IMG/VR virus record: IMGVR_UViG_3300025765_000001
From: a virus
Lineage: Duplodnaviria > Heunggongvirae > Uroviricota > Caudoviricetes
Reading direction: 5' to 3' (one strand)
Length of the DNA stretch: 64,000 nucleotides
The number at the start of each line of letters is the position of its first letter. Position 1 is the first letter of the stretch. The notes below the pieces were generated by a model that did no database searches, had not been told where the DNA came from, and was given only the letters and a program-made list of their open reading frames with translations. Shown one piece after another: positions 1-9,321 of the stretch. The position numbers and the translations under genes are program-made.

Positions 1-1347
1 GACCGTTGTGGCATCGCAACCTTTCAACCAAAGGACGAGAAGAATCAGGATGCTACAGAGCTAACAGGCGACATCAACTATGCCAAGCTCCCGCACTTCG
101 GTTCCGACTCTGATCCTAGAGCCTTTAACTTCGACGGCGAGTTTTGCGTCGGTAACAGAGGTATTGTCGAGTTCATCGAAATGCTCAAGCTGGCCCAGGA
201 GTTTCTATATGACTTGCTGGGTGCCTCGCAGGAACAGCAGATCAAGCCGAAGAAGTTTTCGCAGATTCCGGTTGATGAGGTTTTGATCGGTCATACCAAC
301 AATCCAGAGTATGAGAAGTTGAAGAACAACCAGTCGATGGAAGCCCTGAGAGATCGAACTGTAAAGATCGACGTTCCATACCTCCTACGCTGGAATGAGG
401 AACTGAAGATTCTAGACCACTACTACGGCAAGAAGAGTGGTGTTCGTCAACACATCGCACCGCACACGCTAGAGATCACCGCTCTGTGGGCCGTGCTGAC
501 CAGACTACAAGACGACAAGGACGGTAAGCTCACGTTGGTCGAGAAGTGCAAGCTATATGATGGCCGGGCACTTCCTGGCTGGACCGAAGATTCGGTCAAA
601 GAGTTGCGGGATAAATACCCCAACGAGGGTATGTACGGTGGTGTGTCTTGCCGATACGTACAGGACAAGATCGCCAATTGCCTGAGTTCTCATTACGACT
701 ACATCAACCCCTTCATGGTGTTGAGCGAGATTCGTGAGGGCCTGGATCGGTCTTCCTTGATTACAAACAAGGAAGAGGCCAGCAGGTATGTTGCGTGCGT
801 CGAGTTTGCCATGAAGGAACTCGATGAAATACTCAAGGCAGAGGTACAGAAAGCATTGGTTGGAGACGAGGAAGCAATTGTTCGTCTGTGTGCGAACTAC
901 ATCGATAACGTCATGGCCTATATCAACAAGGCCAAGATCAAGAATCCTTACACTGGTAAGGACCAGGAGCCGGACGAGAAGTTGATGCGTCAGATCGAGG
1001 AGAAGATTGATATCCCTGAGATCGGTGCAGATGAGTTCCGTCGTGGTTTAGCAGCCTTCATTGGTTCGCTAGCTACTCAGAAGAAGGAGTTCAAGTGGGA
1101 CTCGAATCCTCAGTTGAAGAAGGCCCTAGAGGCCAAGTTGTTCGAGGATACGAAGCACCATATCAAGCTCTCGGCCCTCAACGTCAGTGGTGCCACGGTG
1201 GTCGATCCTGAGATTCAGAAGAAGATCGATGCCATCAAGACTAGATTGGTCAACCAGTACGGTTACAACGAGAAGTCGGCTACTGACGTTCTCGATTACG
1301 TGGGCAGCATTTTCGCACGAGGCGACCTAGCTGAACAGGATGACTAA
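1..1347 (+). CDS. prkA: PrkA/YeaG family AAA+ serine kinase-like protein, 5'-truncated by the window edge
   Basis: Frame 1 is open from base 1: ...FQPKDEKNQDATELTGDINY...DSDPRAFNFDGEF..NRGIVEFIEMLKL...GHTNNPEY, all PrkA signature motifs. Confidence 0.93.
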   Translation, partial: DRCGIATFQPKDEKNQDATELTGDINYAKLPHFGSDSDPRAFNFDGEFCVGNRGIVEFIEMLKLAQEFLYDLLGASQEQQIKPKKFSQIPVDEVLIGHTNNPEYEKLKNNQSMEALRDRTVKIDVPYLLRWNEELKILDHYYGKKSGVRQHIAPHTLEITALWAVLTRLQDDKDGKLTLVEKCKLYDGRALPGWTEDSVKELRDKYPNEGMYGGVSCRYVQDKIANCLSSHYDYINPFMVLSEIREGLDRSSLITNKEEASRYVACVEFAMKELDEILKAEVQKALVGDEEAIVRLCANYIDNVMAYINKAKIKNPYTGKDQEPDEKLMRQIEEKIDIPEIGADEFRRGLAAFIGSLATQKKEFKWDSNPQLKKALEAKLFEDTKHHIKLSALNVSGATVVDPEIQKKIDAIKTRLVNQYGYNEKSATDVLDYVGSIFARGDLAEQDD

Positions 1348-1372
1348 TCCTGTGAAGCCCGGTAACACAACA

Positions 1373-1409
1373 AGGGCGGCGACTGGCCCTACAGCCGCCG
1401 CTCTTTTTT
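1373..1409 (+). terminator. GC-rich hairpin plus U-tract between prkA and yeaH
   Basis: agggcggcg...ccgccgctct followed by ttttt. Confidence 0.5.
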
Positions 1410-1426
1410 ACTAAAGGGTCAAACAT

Positions 1427-2665
1427 ATGCCACACAGGATACAAGGCGATCACAAGGACTTTATCGATGTATATTCAGGACGCATTCGGCGAGAACTGAA
1501 GAAATACATCAATAACGGTAGCATCTTCCGGTTCGACGGCAAGGGCGGCAAGATCAATATCACCATCCCGAAGATTGATATCCCCCATATCGTGTTCGGT
1601 GATTCGGATGAGGGTATTGGTCGAGGCAAGGGTAAGGAAGGCGATGTCTTCAAGAAAGACCCACAGGAGGGCCAGGGCCAGCAAGCCGGTCAGGAAGAGG
1701 CGGACGGCATTACCATCTCCATCGATTTGGAAATCATTCTGAAGTTCCTTCAGGATGAATTACAGTTGCCTAATCTGCTGCCCAAGCCGAACCAAACCTA
1801 CGAAGACATCAGGATCAAGTACAACGATATCGCTCTGACGGGGCCAGAATCGTTGCGTCACAATCGCCGCACCATGCTTCAAGCTTTGAAGCGTATGTGT
1901 GCGAGCGGTGAGATCAACCAGTTGCACATGATCCCAGGGTTCAAGACTCCGGTACGGCTCATTACACCACATAATTCCGATAAGCGATACCGTCAGTATC
2001 GGGAGATCAAGATTCCTGCTAGCAACGCAATTATCTTTTTTGCTAGAGATGGTTCGGCCTCGATGGACGAACACAAATGTGATATCATTTCTGATATGGC
2101 TTGGTGGATAGATGTCTGGATCAGGCAGTTCTACAAGAGAGTAGAACGGTGCTATATCTGGCACGATACTGTTGCTCAAGAAGTAGACGAGAAGAAGTTC
2201 TACCGCTATCGTTATGGCGGCGGCACCATTTGTTCGTCGGCTTTGAAGTTCATAGCCAAACAGTTCGAGAATAGATTTCCTCCAGAGAAGTGGAACGTCT
2301 ATATTTTCTACTTCACTGACGGCGAGAACTCTATGTGGCCTTCTAATGACAACGATGTGTTTTGCAAGGTGATAGAGGAACAGTTCCCCTCCAGTATAGT
2401 AAACTTGATTGCGGTGACACAGGTTCTAGCCGATAGCTACCAAGATAGTGTTAAAGAAGCAGTGGATAAGAAGTTTGGATCGGCTCCTAACGTGCGGACT
2501 ACTGCTATAAGCATCCCAGATAGGAAGGATGATTCTAGTAGCGGCCATGTTCCGTATGGAACTAAACTCTCTGACGAAGAAAGGGATTTCCAAGTCAGAC
2601 GAGCCATCATCGAGATTCTAGGGAAGGAAAAAACCAAGAAAGATAAGGCAGACAAGGCGGCGTAA
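1427..2665 (+). CDS. yeaH: YeaH/YhbH (DUF444) vWA-domain protein
   Basis: N-terminal IDIPHIVFG..GIGRGKG..GD, MIDAS-like RDGSASM, YGGGT, YFTDGEN; follows prkA. Confidence 0.9.
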   Translation: MPHRIQGDHKDFIDVYSGRIRRELKKYINNGSIFRFDGKGGKINITIPKIDIPHIVFGDSDEGIGRGKGKEGDVFKKDPQEGQGQQAGQEEADGITISIDLEIILKFLQDELQLPNLLPKPNQTYEDIRIKYNDIALTGPESLRHNRRTMLQALKRMCASGEINQLHMIPGFKTPVRLITPHNSDKRYRQYREIKIPASNAIIFFARDGSASMDEHKCDIISDMAWWIDVWIRQFYKRVERCYIWHDTVAQEVDEKKFYRYRYGGGTICSSALKFIAKQFENRFPPEKWNVYIFYFTDGENSMWPSNDNDVFCKVIEEQFPSSIVNLIAVTQVLADSYQDSVKEAVDKKFGSAPNVRTTAISIPDRKDDSSSGHVPYGTKLSDEERDFQVRRAIIEILGKEKTKKDKADKAA

Positions 2666-2667
2666 CT

Positions 2668-4272
2668 ATGAGTTCATCGAAATTCTTTCGTGGGGCACCA
2701 TTACTGATAGGCGACAACACCACGCCCGGTGTACGCATACCAGATGAGCTAATGAAGCTAATCCCGACCATCTTTCAGAAGGTCAGAGATTTTGGTTGCG
2801 ATTTCTACCCGACCGTCGTGCAGATGTTGACTTACGACGAGATCAGCGAGATTGCCGCCTACGACGGCTTCCCGGTGAGATTCCCTCACTGGAAGTGGGG
2901 CATGGAATACGAGGAACTACAGCGTGGATACGAGCATGGTATGCATCGTATTTACGAAATGGTCATCAACAACAATCCGTGCTATATCTACTGTCTAGAT
3001 TCTAACACGTTGGTAGACCACGTTACAGTCATTGCTCATGCGTTGGGTCACAATGATTTTTTCAAGAACAACGTGTTCTTTTCTAGAACCAACATGTCGA
3101 TGATGGACGAGTTTGCCAACCACGGCACCAAGATCAGAAGGTACATGACTCGTTGGGGCAAAGAACGTGTTATAGAGTTTCTCGACCACGTTCTCAGAAT
3201 AGAAACCTTGGTTGACCCAGCTAAGGCTTGGCAAGCCAAGATCATCAAAGACCCTGTGATTCGTGACAAGAGAATCTACAGAGAACCAAATAGGTTGTCG
3301 GTTAAGGACGATCACGACTACATGGAAGACTACATTAACCCAAAAGGCTGGTGTGACGAGCAGAGGAAGAAAATTGAACGCAAGGAAGTAGCCGAGCAAT
3401 TGTCGTTGTTCACTGAGCCTACAAAGGACATTCTTGGTTTCATTCGAGATAATGCACCATTGAAACCGTGGCAGGCTGATATAGTAGCCATGATGTATGA
3501 GGAGGCTATGTACTTCTGCCCACAACGACAAACCAAAGTGCTGAACGAAGGATGGGCCTCGTATATCGACTTCAACATTATGGCTCGTCAAGGGTATGTT
3601 TCCCTTGGACAGAAATCCCATGATTGTGGTATAGTCGAATACTCCAAACACAAGATGGGCGTGCTTGGCGGGAAGTATTCGATGAACTCTTACAAGCTAG
3701 GGTTCACGTTGTTCATGGACGTAGAGGAGCGGTGGAACAAGGGTAGGTTTGGTGATGCTTACGATAGCTGCACCGACATGATCCAGAAAGAGAATTGGGA
3801 CACCACAAGCAACCTGGGTCACAAGAAGGTCTTCGAGGTAAGACAATACTATGATGACTTGACTGCTATCATCGAGTTCTTTACCGAGGATTTCTGCACG
3901 AAGAACGAGTTCTTCGAGTGGAAGCATCGTCCGAACGGCGATTGGGTGATCGAGTCTCGTGATTACAAGAAGATCAAGCAGAAGTTAGTCGAGAGACACA
4001 TGAACGGAGGTCTGCCACAAGTTAGACTGGCGGACCCAAATCACAAGGGCAACCGCAGTCTGTTCCTAGAACACGTAGACGACGGCAGGCCGCTCTTGGA
4101 TAAGTATGTCCGGCCCGTCCTCCAATCTCTTTACCACCTCTGGGGTAACGATGTTTACCTCTCCACCAAAAAGAGGGGCGGCAAGGAGATCATGTATTGG
4201 GCTATGGGCACCAAGGATGAGGACGTTGGCATACTTACTAGAGAAGAATACGAAAAGGATGAATCAGAATGA
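2668..4272 (+). CDS. spoVR: SpoVR/YcgB family protein
   Basis: GFPVRFPHWKWG, IYEMVINNNPCY.Y, VIAHALGHNDFFKNN, VLNEGWASY; canonical prkA-yeaH-spoVR order. Confidence 0.93.
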   Translation: MSSSKFFRGAPLLIGDNTTPGVRIPDELMKLIPTIFQKVRDFGCDFYPTVVQMLTYDEISEIAAYDGFPVRFPHWKWGMEYEELQRGYEHGMHRIYEMVINNNPCYIYCLDSNTLVDHVTVIAHALGHNDFFKNNVFFSRTNMSMMDEFANHGTKIRRYMTRWGKERVIEFLDHVLRIETLVDPAKAWQAKIIKDPVIRDKRIYREPNRLSVKDDHDYMEDYINPKGWCDEQRKKIERKEVAEQLSLFTEPTKDILGFIRDNAPLKPWQADIVAMMYEEAMYFCPQRQTKVLNEGWASYIDFNIMARQGYVSLGQKSHDCGIVEYSKHKMGVLGGKYSMNSYKLGFTLFMDVEERWNKGRFGDAYDSCTDMIQKENWDTTSNLGHKKVFEVRQYYDDLTAIIEFFTEDFCTKNEFFEWKHRPNGDWVIESRDYKKIKQKLVERHMNGGLPQVRLADPNHKGNRSLFLEHVDDGRPLLDKYVRPVLQSLYHLWGNDVYLSTKKRGGKEIMYWAMGTKDEDVGILTREEYEKDESE

Positions 4273-4421
4273 AACTGACCATCTTCAAAGATGACTCGCC
4301 GGAAGAGGTAGCCGAGCGTTTCTGTTTTGTTATGTCGGAACTTGGTATACGAGTGAGAGAGATAGAGAACGATAAAGAATCTATCACTTTTGATCTCTCT
4401 TGGGTGGCTCCTCTAAAATGA
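4269..4421 (+). CDS. Small hypothetical protein (50 aa), absent from the ORF track
   Basis: ATGA overlap with the spoVR stop; its TGA overlaps the clpP start. Confidence 0.55.
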   Translation: MKLTIFKDDSPEEVAERFCFVMSELGIRVREIENDKESITFDLSWVAPLK

Positions 4422-5125
4422 TGGAGAGGCGGAACAGGAGTAGAACGGTTCTTGAGCAACTGCTTTACGATCTCCATACGCATTCCTTGAATTACCATAC
4501 AAGAGAAGTCTACCTTCATAGTTCTTATTCCCCTACCGCCTGGGACGATGAGCCGGGAGTGGAATATAGAACCGCTACTACATTCATCAAGAATCTACAT
4601 GTCTTAGACAACGAAAACCAGAAGAACATTCTGGTACACTTGCACATCGTCGGCGGCAATTGGAGCGACGGTATGGCTATGTTCGATACGGTTCGCTTCA
4701 CTAAATCTCCAATCACGATGCTAGCCTATGCCCAGGCTTCCTCGATGAGTGGTATTCTTTTGCAAGCTGCGGATGCTAGAGTTCTGATGCCTGATTGTGA
4801 GTTTATGGTACATCATGGTTATATCAGTCTAGACAGCGATGCAGTTCGAGTAAAGTCTGTGGTCGAAATCAATGACTTTTATTGTAAGAGGATGTTGCAA
4901 ATCTTTTCCAAAAGAGCTATAGTGGGCGAGTATTTCAAGGAACGAAACTATAGCGAGGACAAGATTGCCAAATTCATAGATCGTAAACTACAGTCGAAAG
5001 GCGACTGGTTTATGACCGCAGAGGAGGCCGTTTACTATGGGTTAGCAGACGGCGTACTAGGAGAAGGCAAGTTCAAAAACCTTGATGCATTAAGAGGAGA
5101 CAGGAAGTTCAAAGGGGTATTGTGA
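4418..5125 (+). CDS. clpP: ClpP-like protease subunit
   Basis: VGGNWSDGMAMFD, ASSMSG (catalytic Ser), FMVHH (His), DWFMTAEEAVYYGLADGV. Confidence 0.88.
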   Translation: MMERRNRSRTVLEQLLYDLHTHSLNYHTREVYLHSSYSPTAWDDEPGVEYRTATTFIKNLHVLDNENQKNILVHLHIVGGNWSDGMAMFDTVRFTKSPITMLAYAQASSMSGILLQAADARVLMPDCEFMVHHGYISLDSDAVRVKSVVEINDFYCKRMLQIFSKRAIVGEYFKERNYSEDKIAKFIDRKLQSKGDWFMTAEEAVYYGLADGVLGEGKFKNLDALRGDRKFKGVL

Positions 5126-5129
5126 CCGC

Positions 5130-5699
5130 ATGGGACTCAATGAACTATCTCCCAAAACTCGTGTGAAGCGAGGAGAAAAGATAGAGGACGAGATTTGCGA
5201 GTGTTTGAATGAGCATTATGGGTTTGGCCTAGAGAAAGCCTCGTTTGTAGAAAACACTCGCAAGAAGATAGATCGGTTCATCCAAGGAAAGACTGGCCGC
5301 ATACCTGTTCAGGTCAAAGGCAGGTTTAGCGGTGACGACATCCTGTATGATCTATACGAACCCTACTGCGGGATAGGCGATCCACGTACCAAACCTGGGC
5401 GGGATCACAAGGGAGAGTTCAAGGTTTACATATGCCTCTCAAAAGACCGTCGAATCATTCGGGTCGTCAACGTCGAAAGCATGAGAGCGATCATCGGCGA
5501 AATAGAAAACGAGTGGTCGGCATCAGGTCATAAACTTCCTTTCTTCTCTGAAAAGCATCCTGGTTGCGAACTGAGATGGCACGAGGACCAGTGGAGTGGG
5601 ACTCCGAAGGTACTCTGCTTTCTAAACACCGACGTATTCAAACCAAACAAAGACATCAAGTTCTACGAAATGAAAACCAAGGAGACCTCCAATGGCTGA
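5130..5699 (+). CDS. Hypothetical protein, possible PD-(D/E)XK nuclease fold
   Basis: E..I...L, KID..., PVQVK motif spacing. Confidence 0.45.
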   Translation: MGLNELSPKTRVKRGEKIEDEICECLNEHYGFGLEKASFVENTRKKIDRFIQGKTGRIPVQVKGRFSGDDILYDLYEPYCGIGDPRTKPGRDHKGEFKVYICLSKDRRIIRVVNVESMRAIIGEIENEWSASGHKLPFFSEKHPGCELRWHEDQWSGTPKVLCFLNTDVFKPNKDIKFYEMKTKETSNG

Positions 5700-5928
5700 A
5701 ATCGATATCATCTTGAGTGACGAGTTCGTTCAGTATTCGCAGCTTGTGGCTACGATACACACCCAGAAGAAGACGATGAAGGAAGAGTTCAAGAAACTCT
5801 ATGAGAAGTTCCAGGCCGATCAAGCCGAGCTAGATCGGCAGGCTCTTGACGCCACTCAGAAGTTCGAGGCATGGAAGGCTTCGGCTTTGGGCGGCAAGGA
5901 ACAGCCTGCGAAGAAGGCAGCCAAGTAA
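5692..5928 (+). CDS. Small coiled-coil hypothetical protein
   Basis: RBS aggag, heptad-rich sequence. Confidence 0.65.
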   Translation: MAEIDIILSDEFVQYSQLVATIHTQKKTMKEEFKKLYEKFQADQAELDRQALDATQKFEAWKASALGGKEQPAKKAAK

Positions 5929-6290
5929 TGGTCTCTGGCGGCACCGACCTGATTTTCATTTGCCCTGGCAAGGTAGATGTTTTGGATACCGTCCTCCTCC
6001 ACTTCCGAAAGAAGTGGCCCAACCTCGTTTATGAAAGCGATTGCAGGATGGGGTCGGACCTGAAGGAGTTTTTTCTTTACGCCGATTCGGACGTGAAAGA
6101 AAAGATAGAAGAGGTTGGGGTGGAGGACGATCTAGCTCCGCACTTCGTACATCTCTTGTTCCGGCCAATCGGCCAAACTGTAAGACACTACATTCAAGAA
6201 GTCACCATCGTAGTAGACAAGTTGGATCAGTCTATATTTCCAGTAATTGAAATTATACAAAGGGACTTTCTACGTGGCTACATGGATTGA
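5928..6290 (+). CDS. Hypothetical protein
   Basis: TAATG translational coupling to the upstream gene. Confidence 0.6.
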   Translation: MVSGGTDLIFICPGKVDVLDTVLLHFRKKWPNLVYESDCRMGSDLKEFFLYADSDVKEKIEEVGVEDDLAPHFVHLLFRPIGQTVRHYIQEVTIVVDKLDQSIFPVIEIIQRDFLRGYMD

Positions 6291-6340
6291 CATTTCTAGC
6301 CGTTCTGATACTCTGGCCTGATTAACGAACGGAGAAGAGT

Positions 6341-7750
6341 ATGGGTTCCATGACAATCGATGGTTTCGAGCATTTGCATCTACACACTGACTTTAGCCTT
6401 CTCGATGGCTACGGCATGGTTGAGGAATATGCGAAGAGAGCGATACAGATTAACCAGAAATTCCTTTGCGTTTCGGATCACGGCATGATGGGCGTCGTGC
6501 CCCGGCAGATTCGGGCTTGTGACGAAAATAAAATCAATCCTGTTTTTGCCTGCGAACTATATGTCAATCCTCGTCAGCCAGAAATCCCAGAGTCAACTAC
6601 TACAGCCAAGTTCATCGAAAGTTGGGATGATCTCGACAAGAAGCAGATGCGTAAATCTTATCATTTGCTCGCCATTGCCTACAATCAACAGGGCTATAGC
6701 AACCTAGTGAAACTCTCTTCGTGGGGTTGGACCAAGGGCTATTACTACCGTCCCAGAGTCAATCACGAGCTACTTCAAGCCCACAAAGACGGCATTATTT
6801 TCACGAGTTGTTGCTACAACGGTGAAATTGGTCAAGCGTTCGACCGGGCATTACATCCGCCAGATGGTTCCAAAGGCAGTATAGAAGCTGCCGAGGAAGC
6901 CGGGTTCGCTATGATCGAAAAGTACATGGTGATGTTTGGCAAAGACTTCTATTTGGAATTGATGCTTTTGGATTTTGTTAAGCAGAAGCCATATGACCGC
7001 TTCATCGTCAAAGCCCATCTGAAGTACGGTGTGCCGATCATCGTTACCAACGACTGTCACTACTGTCTAGAGGTAGATAGCCGAATGCAGCGGTTGATGT
7101 TGATGATCCAGACCAACAAGACCATCGGCCAGATTCAACAGTTGATTAACGAGAACGAAGGGGCTGACCTGTTCGAGCTACAAGATCAAAACTTGTGGCT
7201 CAAGTCCGAGGAAGAGATCAACCAGAAGTGGTTGAAGGACTATAGCGATGTCATAGATTATGAAATCCTCAGTCAAGCGAAGAAAAACACCGTGGCTATA
7301 TGCGAACGTGCTAGGGGCGTTCAACTAGACCGGTCTATCAAGCTACCAAAAATTACCGATGCCGATCTGAAATTCAAAGAAGCGATTATGCAAGGAGCCA
7401 CTCAGCGGCGTATTCCCATGACTAAGGAATACGTCGAACGCATCAAGGAAGAGTATACGCTTATCTGTCAAAAAGGCTTTTCTAGCTACTTCCTCATCAC
7501 GAAAATGATGACGGATGAGGCTAGACGGATTTGTCCGTCTTTGTTAGGATTTGGCACCGGACACGAAGCTGTGGGTCCAGGTAGAGGATCGGCGGTCGGG
7601 GCACTAGTTTGCTACTGTTTGGGTATAACTGATGTTGACCCGATTAAGCATGATCTGCTATTCTCTAGATTCCTTAGCCCGGCTCGTGGCGGCAAATCTC
7701 TGAAATTGAGATTTTCCAACATTGACCCGGTGCTGCCAGAGGCGGCGTAA
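6341..7750 (+). CDS. dnaE: DNA polymerase III alpha (family C), N-terminal half: PHP domain to GRGS motif
   Basis: HLHLHTDFSLLDG, VSDHG, TNDCHY, GPGRGSAVGALVCYCLGITDVDPI..LLFSRFL; ends before PDIDID. Confidence 0.95.
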   Translation: MGSMTIDGFEHLHLHTDFSLLDGYGMVEEYAKRAIQINQKFLCVSDHGMMGVVPRQIRACDENKINPVFACELYVNPRQPEIPESTTTAKFIESWDDLDKKQMRKSYHLLAIAYNQQGYSNLVKLSSWGWTKGYYYRPRVNHELLQAHKDGIIFTSCCYNGEIGQAFDRALHPPDGSKGSIEAAEEAGFAMIEKYMVMFGKDFYLELMLLDFVKQKPYDRFIVKAHLKYGVPIIVTNDCHYCLEVDSRMQRLMLMIQTNKTIGQIQQLINENEGADLFELQDQNLWLKSEEEINQKWLKDYSDVIDYEILSQAKKNTVAICERARGVQLDRSIKLPKITDADLKFKEAIMQGATQRRIPMTKEYVERIKEEYTLICQKGFSSYFLITKMMTDEARRICPSLLGFGTGHEAVGPGRGSAVGALVCYCLGITDVDPIKHDLLFSRFLSPARGGKSLKLRFSNIDPVLPEAA

Positions 7751-8223
7751 TGTCAGAGCTAGAAATCCCAGAGGTAGTTCATCGAGTAGTTCGTAAGGAG
7801 CTAGATGAGGACTGCCAGTTTGAAGAAGGTCAGAAGACCATCATCGTCCAGTCGAAATCGATGGCTAAGGCGTTCATAACCCCGGATGTGTGTTGGGCGG
7901 CGATCTCGATTGCCGCACACGAAGGCGATTGGCCGACCCTGAATGCGACGAAACGCATGGGGTTGTTACAGTTATTCTTCCTCGATTGCGACCGCTCGGT
8001 GGGTCCGAAGTTTTCTGAGGGAACTAGCTTGTTTACAGAGAGCCATGCAGATCAAATTCTTGATTTCCTGAATTACGTTTGGGACAGGATTGATTTGTTG
8101 TTCGTGCATTGCGAAGCTGGGATTTCCAGATCACCGGCTGTGGCTGCCACAATTTGCAAAATGAAATATGGCCACGACAAGCACTTCTTTGATAACTATA
8201 CGCCCAACAGACTCGTGTACTGA
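7750..8223 (+). CDS. Tyrosine/dual-specificity protein phosphatase-like protein (possible premature TGA)
   Basis: CX5R motif VHCEAGISRS; the frame stays open for 14 more codons after TGA 8221. Confidence 0.85.
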   Translation: MSELEIPEVVHRVVRKELDEDCQFEEGQKTIIVQSKSMAKAFITPDVCWAAISIAAHEGDWPTLNATKRMGLLQLFFLDCDRSVGPKFSEGTSLFTESHADQILDFLNYVWDRIDLLFVHCEAGISRSPAVAATICKMKYGHDKHFFDNYTPNRLVY

Positions 8224-8289
8224 ACACTTCTAGAACGTGTAGTTTTTAGAGGTATTTACGTTCCGTGACCCTTTGAAAGGAGAAAGAAA

Positions 8290-9000
8290 ATGAGATTTCT
8301 AATGGCTGCTCTGGCTGGCCTGATGCTTGTTGTATCCCCAGCCTTGGCACAAGAAAAGCAAACACCAAGCATCGTCGTGACTGGCGAAGCTAAACTCAGC
8401 GTTAAACCTGAGTTGGCCTACGTGTCACTAGGCGTCGTGTCGGAAGCCCCAACCGCCTACGATGCTTTGCAGAAAAACAATGTTTCGATGAAGTCCTTGT
8501 TTACGCTCTTGAACGAGAGCAAGGTTGCCGAGAAGGACATTCAGACTTCCGGTTTCAACATCAGCCCCCGCTACGACTACAAGAACAATGAGACAAAGTT
8601 CCTGGGGTATACAGTTTCCAATAACGTCACGATTACCGTGCGAGATTTGGCGAACCTTGGGAAGCTCCTCGATGTCCTTGTGAAGAACGGTGCGAACAGC
8701 ATTCACGGCGTCACCTTCGGAGTTTGTGATCCGAGCAAGTTGGCCGACGACGTGCGAAAGGCTGCCATGCAGGATGCCAAGCGAAAAGCCACTTTGTACG
8801 CCGAGGGCGGCGAGTTCCGCTTGGGCGGGGTGATCTTCGTGACCGAGCTTGGCGTACCGAGAGCCAGCCCGCAGATGTACGCTGCTTCTCACATGGCTGA
8901 TGCCGAAGCTGGTGGGAACGTCCCGGTTTCTGGCGGGGAACTGACAGCAGCAGTACGTCTCCAGGTGACTTTTGCCATCGGGGGTCCGCTGCTGAACTAA
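8290..9000 (+). CDS. SIMPL (DUF541) domain exported protein
   Basis: Signal peptide; SIVVTGEA..SVKPELA.VSLGV, A..DA..KA..YA, VPVSGGE. Confidence 0.9.
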   Translation: MRFLMAALAGLMLVVSPALAQEKQTPSIVVTGEAKLSVKPELAYVSLGVVSEAPTAYDALQKNNVSMKSLFTLLNESKVAEKDIQTSGFNISPRYDYKNNETKFLGYTVSNNVTITVRDLANLGKLLDVLVKNGANSIHGVTFGVCDPSKLADDVRKAAMQDAKRKATLYAEGGEFRLGGVIFVTELGVPRASPQMYAASHMADAEAGGNVPVSGGELTAAVRLQVTFAIGGPLLN

Positions 9001-9054
9001 CGATAAGGTGCTGAACACCAAACTGTCCGTTCGTCCGAATGTGGACAAGTGATG

Positions 9055-9083
9055 TTGACACGCCTCACTGAAAACACTATAGT
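9055..9083 (+). promoter_or_regulatory. Sigma70-type promoter P1
   Basis: TTGACA(9055-60)-17 nt-TATAGT(9078-83). Confidence 0.7.
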
Positions 9084-9137
9084 GGGGCCTTGATATGACC
9101 CTGGCTTTGCCGTCAGGGGTGAATCTAGAAAAGAGGG

Positions 9138-9165
9138 TTGACATCAGCCTCGACTAGACTAGAAT
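9138..9165 (+). promoter_or_regulatory. Sigma70-type promoter P2; predicted start just before the first ACAGCA hairpin
   Basis: TTGACA(9138-43)-16 nt-TAGAAT(9160-65). Confidence 0.7.
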
Positions 9166-9174
9166 GTGAACTCA

Positions 9175-9226
9175 GAGACGCTCACAGCATCTTTCAATAC
9201 TATGACAAGGTTGAAGATAGCGTCTC
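9175..9226 (+). ncRNA. ACAGCA hairpin element 1 (candidate small RNA)
   Basis: Stem gagacgct/agcgtctc, ACAGCA at 9184-89, inner helix tct(t)tcaa/ttgaaga. Confidence 0.6.
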
Positions 9227-9231
9227 GTTTC

Positions 9232-9318
9232 GGGCGGTTAGCTTAACTGGACAGAGCATTCAGGAAAAGCCGCAAGGCCACTACTGAAGGGTTGGAGGTT
9301 CGAGTCCTTCACCGCCCA
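9232..9318 (+). ncRNA. tRNA-like RNA with the anticodon loop replaced by a 20-nt loop
   Basis: Acceptor GGGCGGT/ACCGCCC, D arm GCTT..TGG..GAGC, stem TTCAG/CTGAA, T arm GGAGG-TTCGAGT-CCTTC; no encoded CCA. Confidence 0.8.
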
Positions 9319-9321
9319 CTA

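Noticed and set aside
9232-9318. Functional or suppressor tRNA, or intron-containing tRNA
   Set aside because: No U33 or 7-nt loop, no UCA anticodon, and the 13 extra nt lack group I or bulge-helix-bulge features
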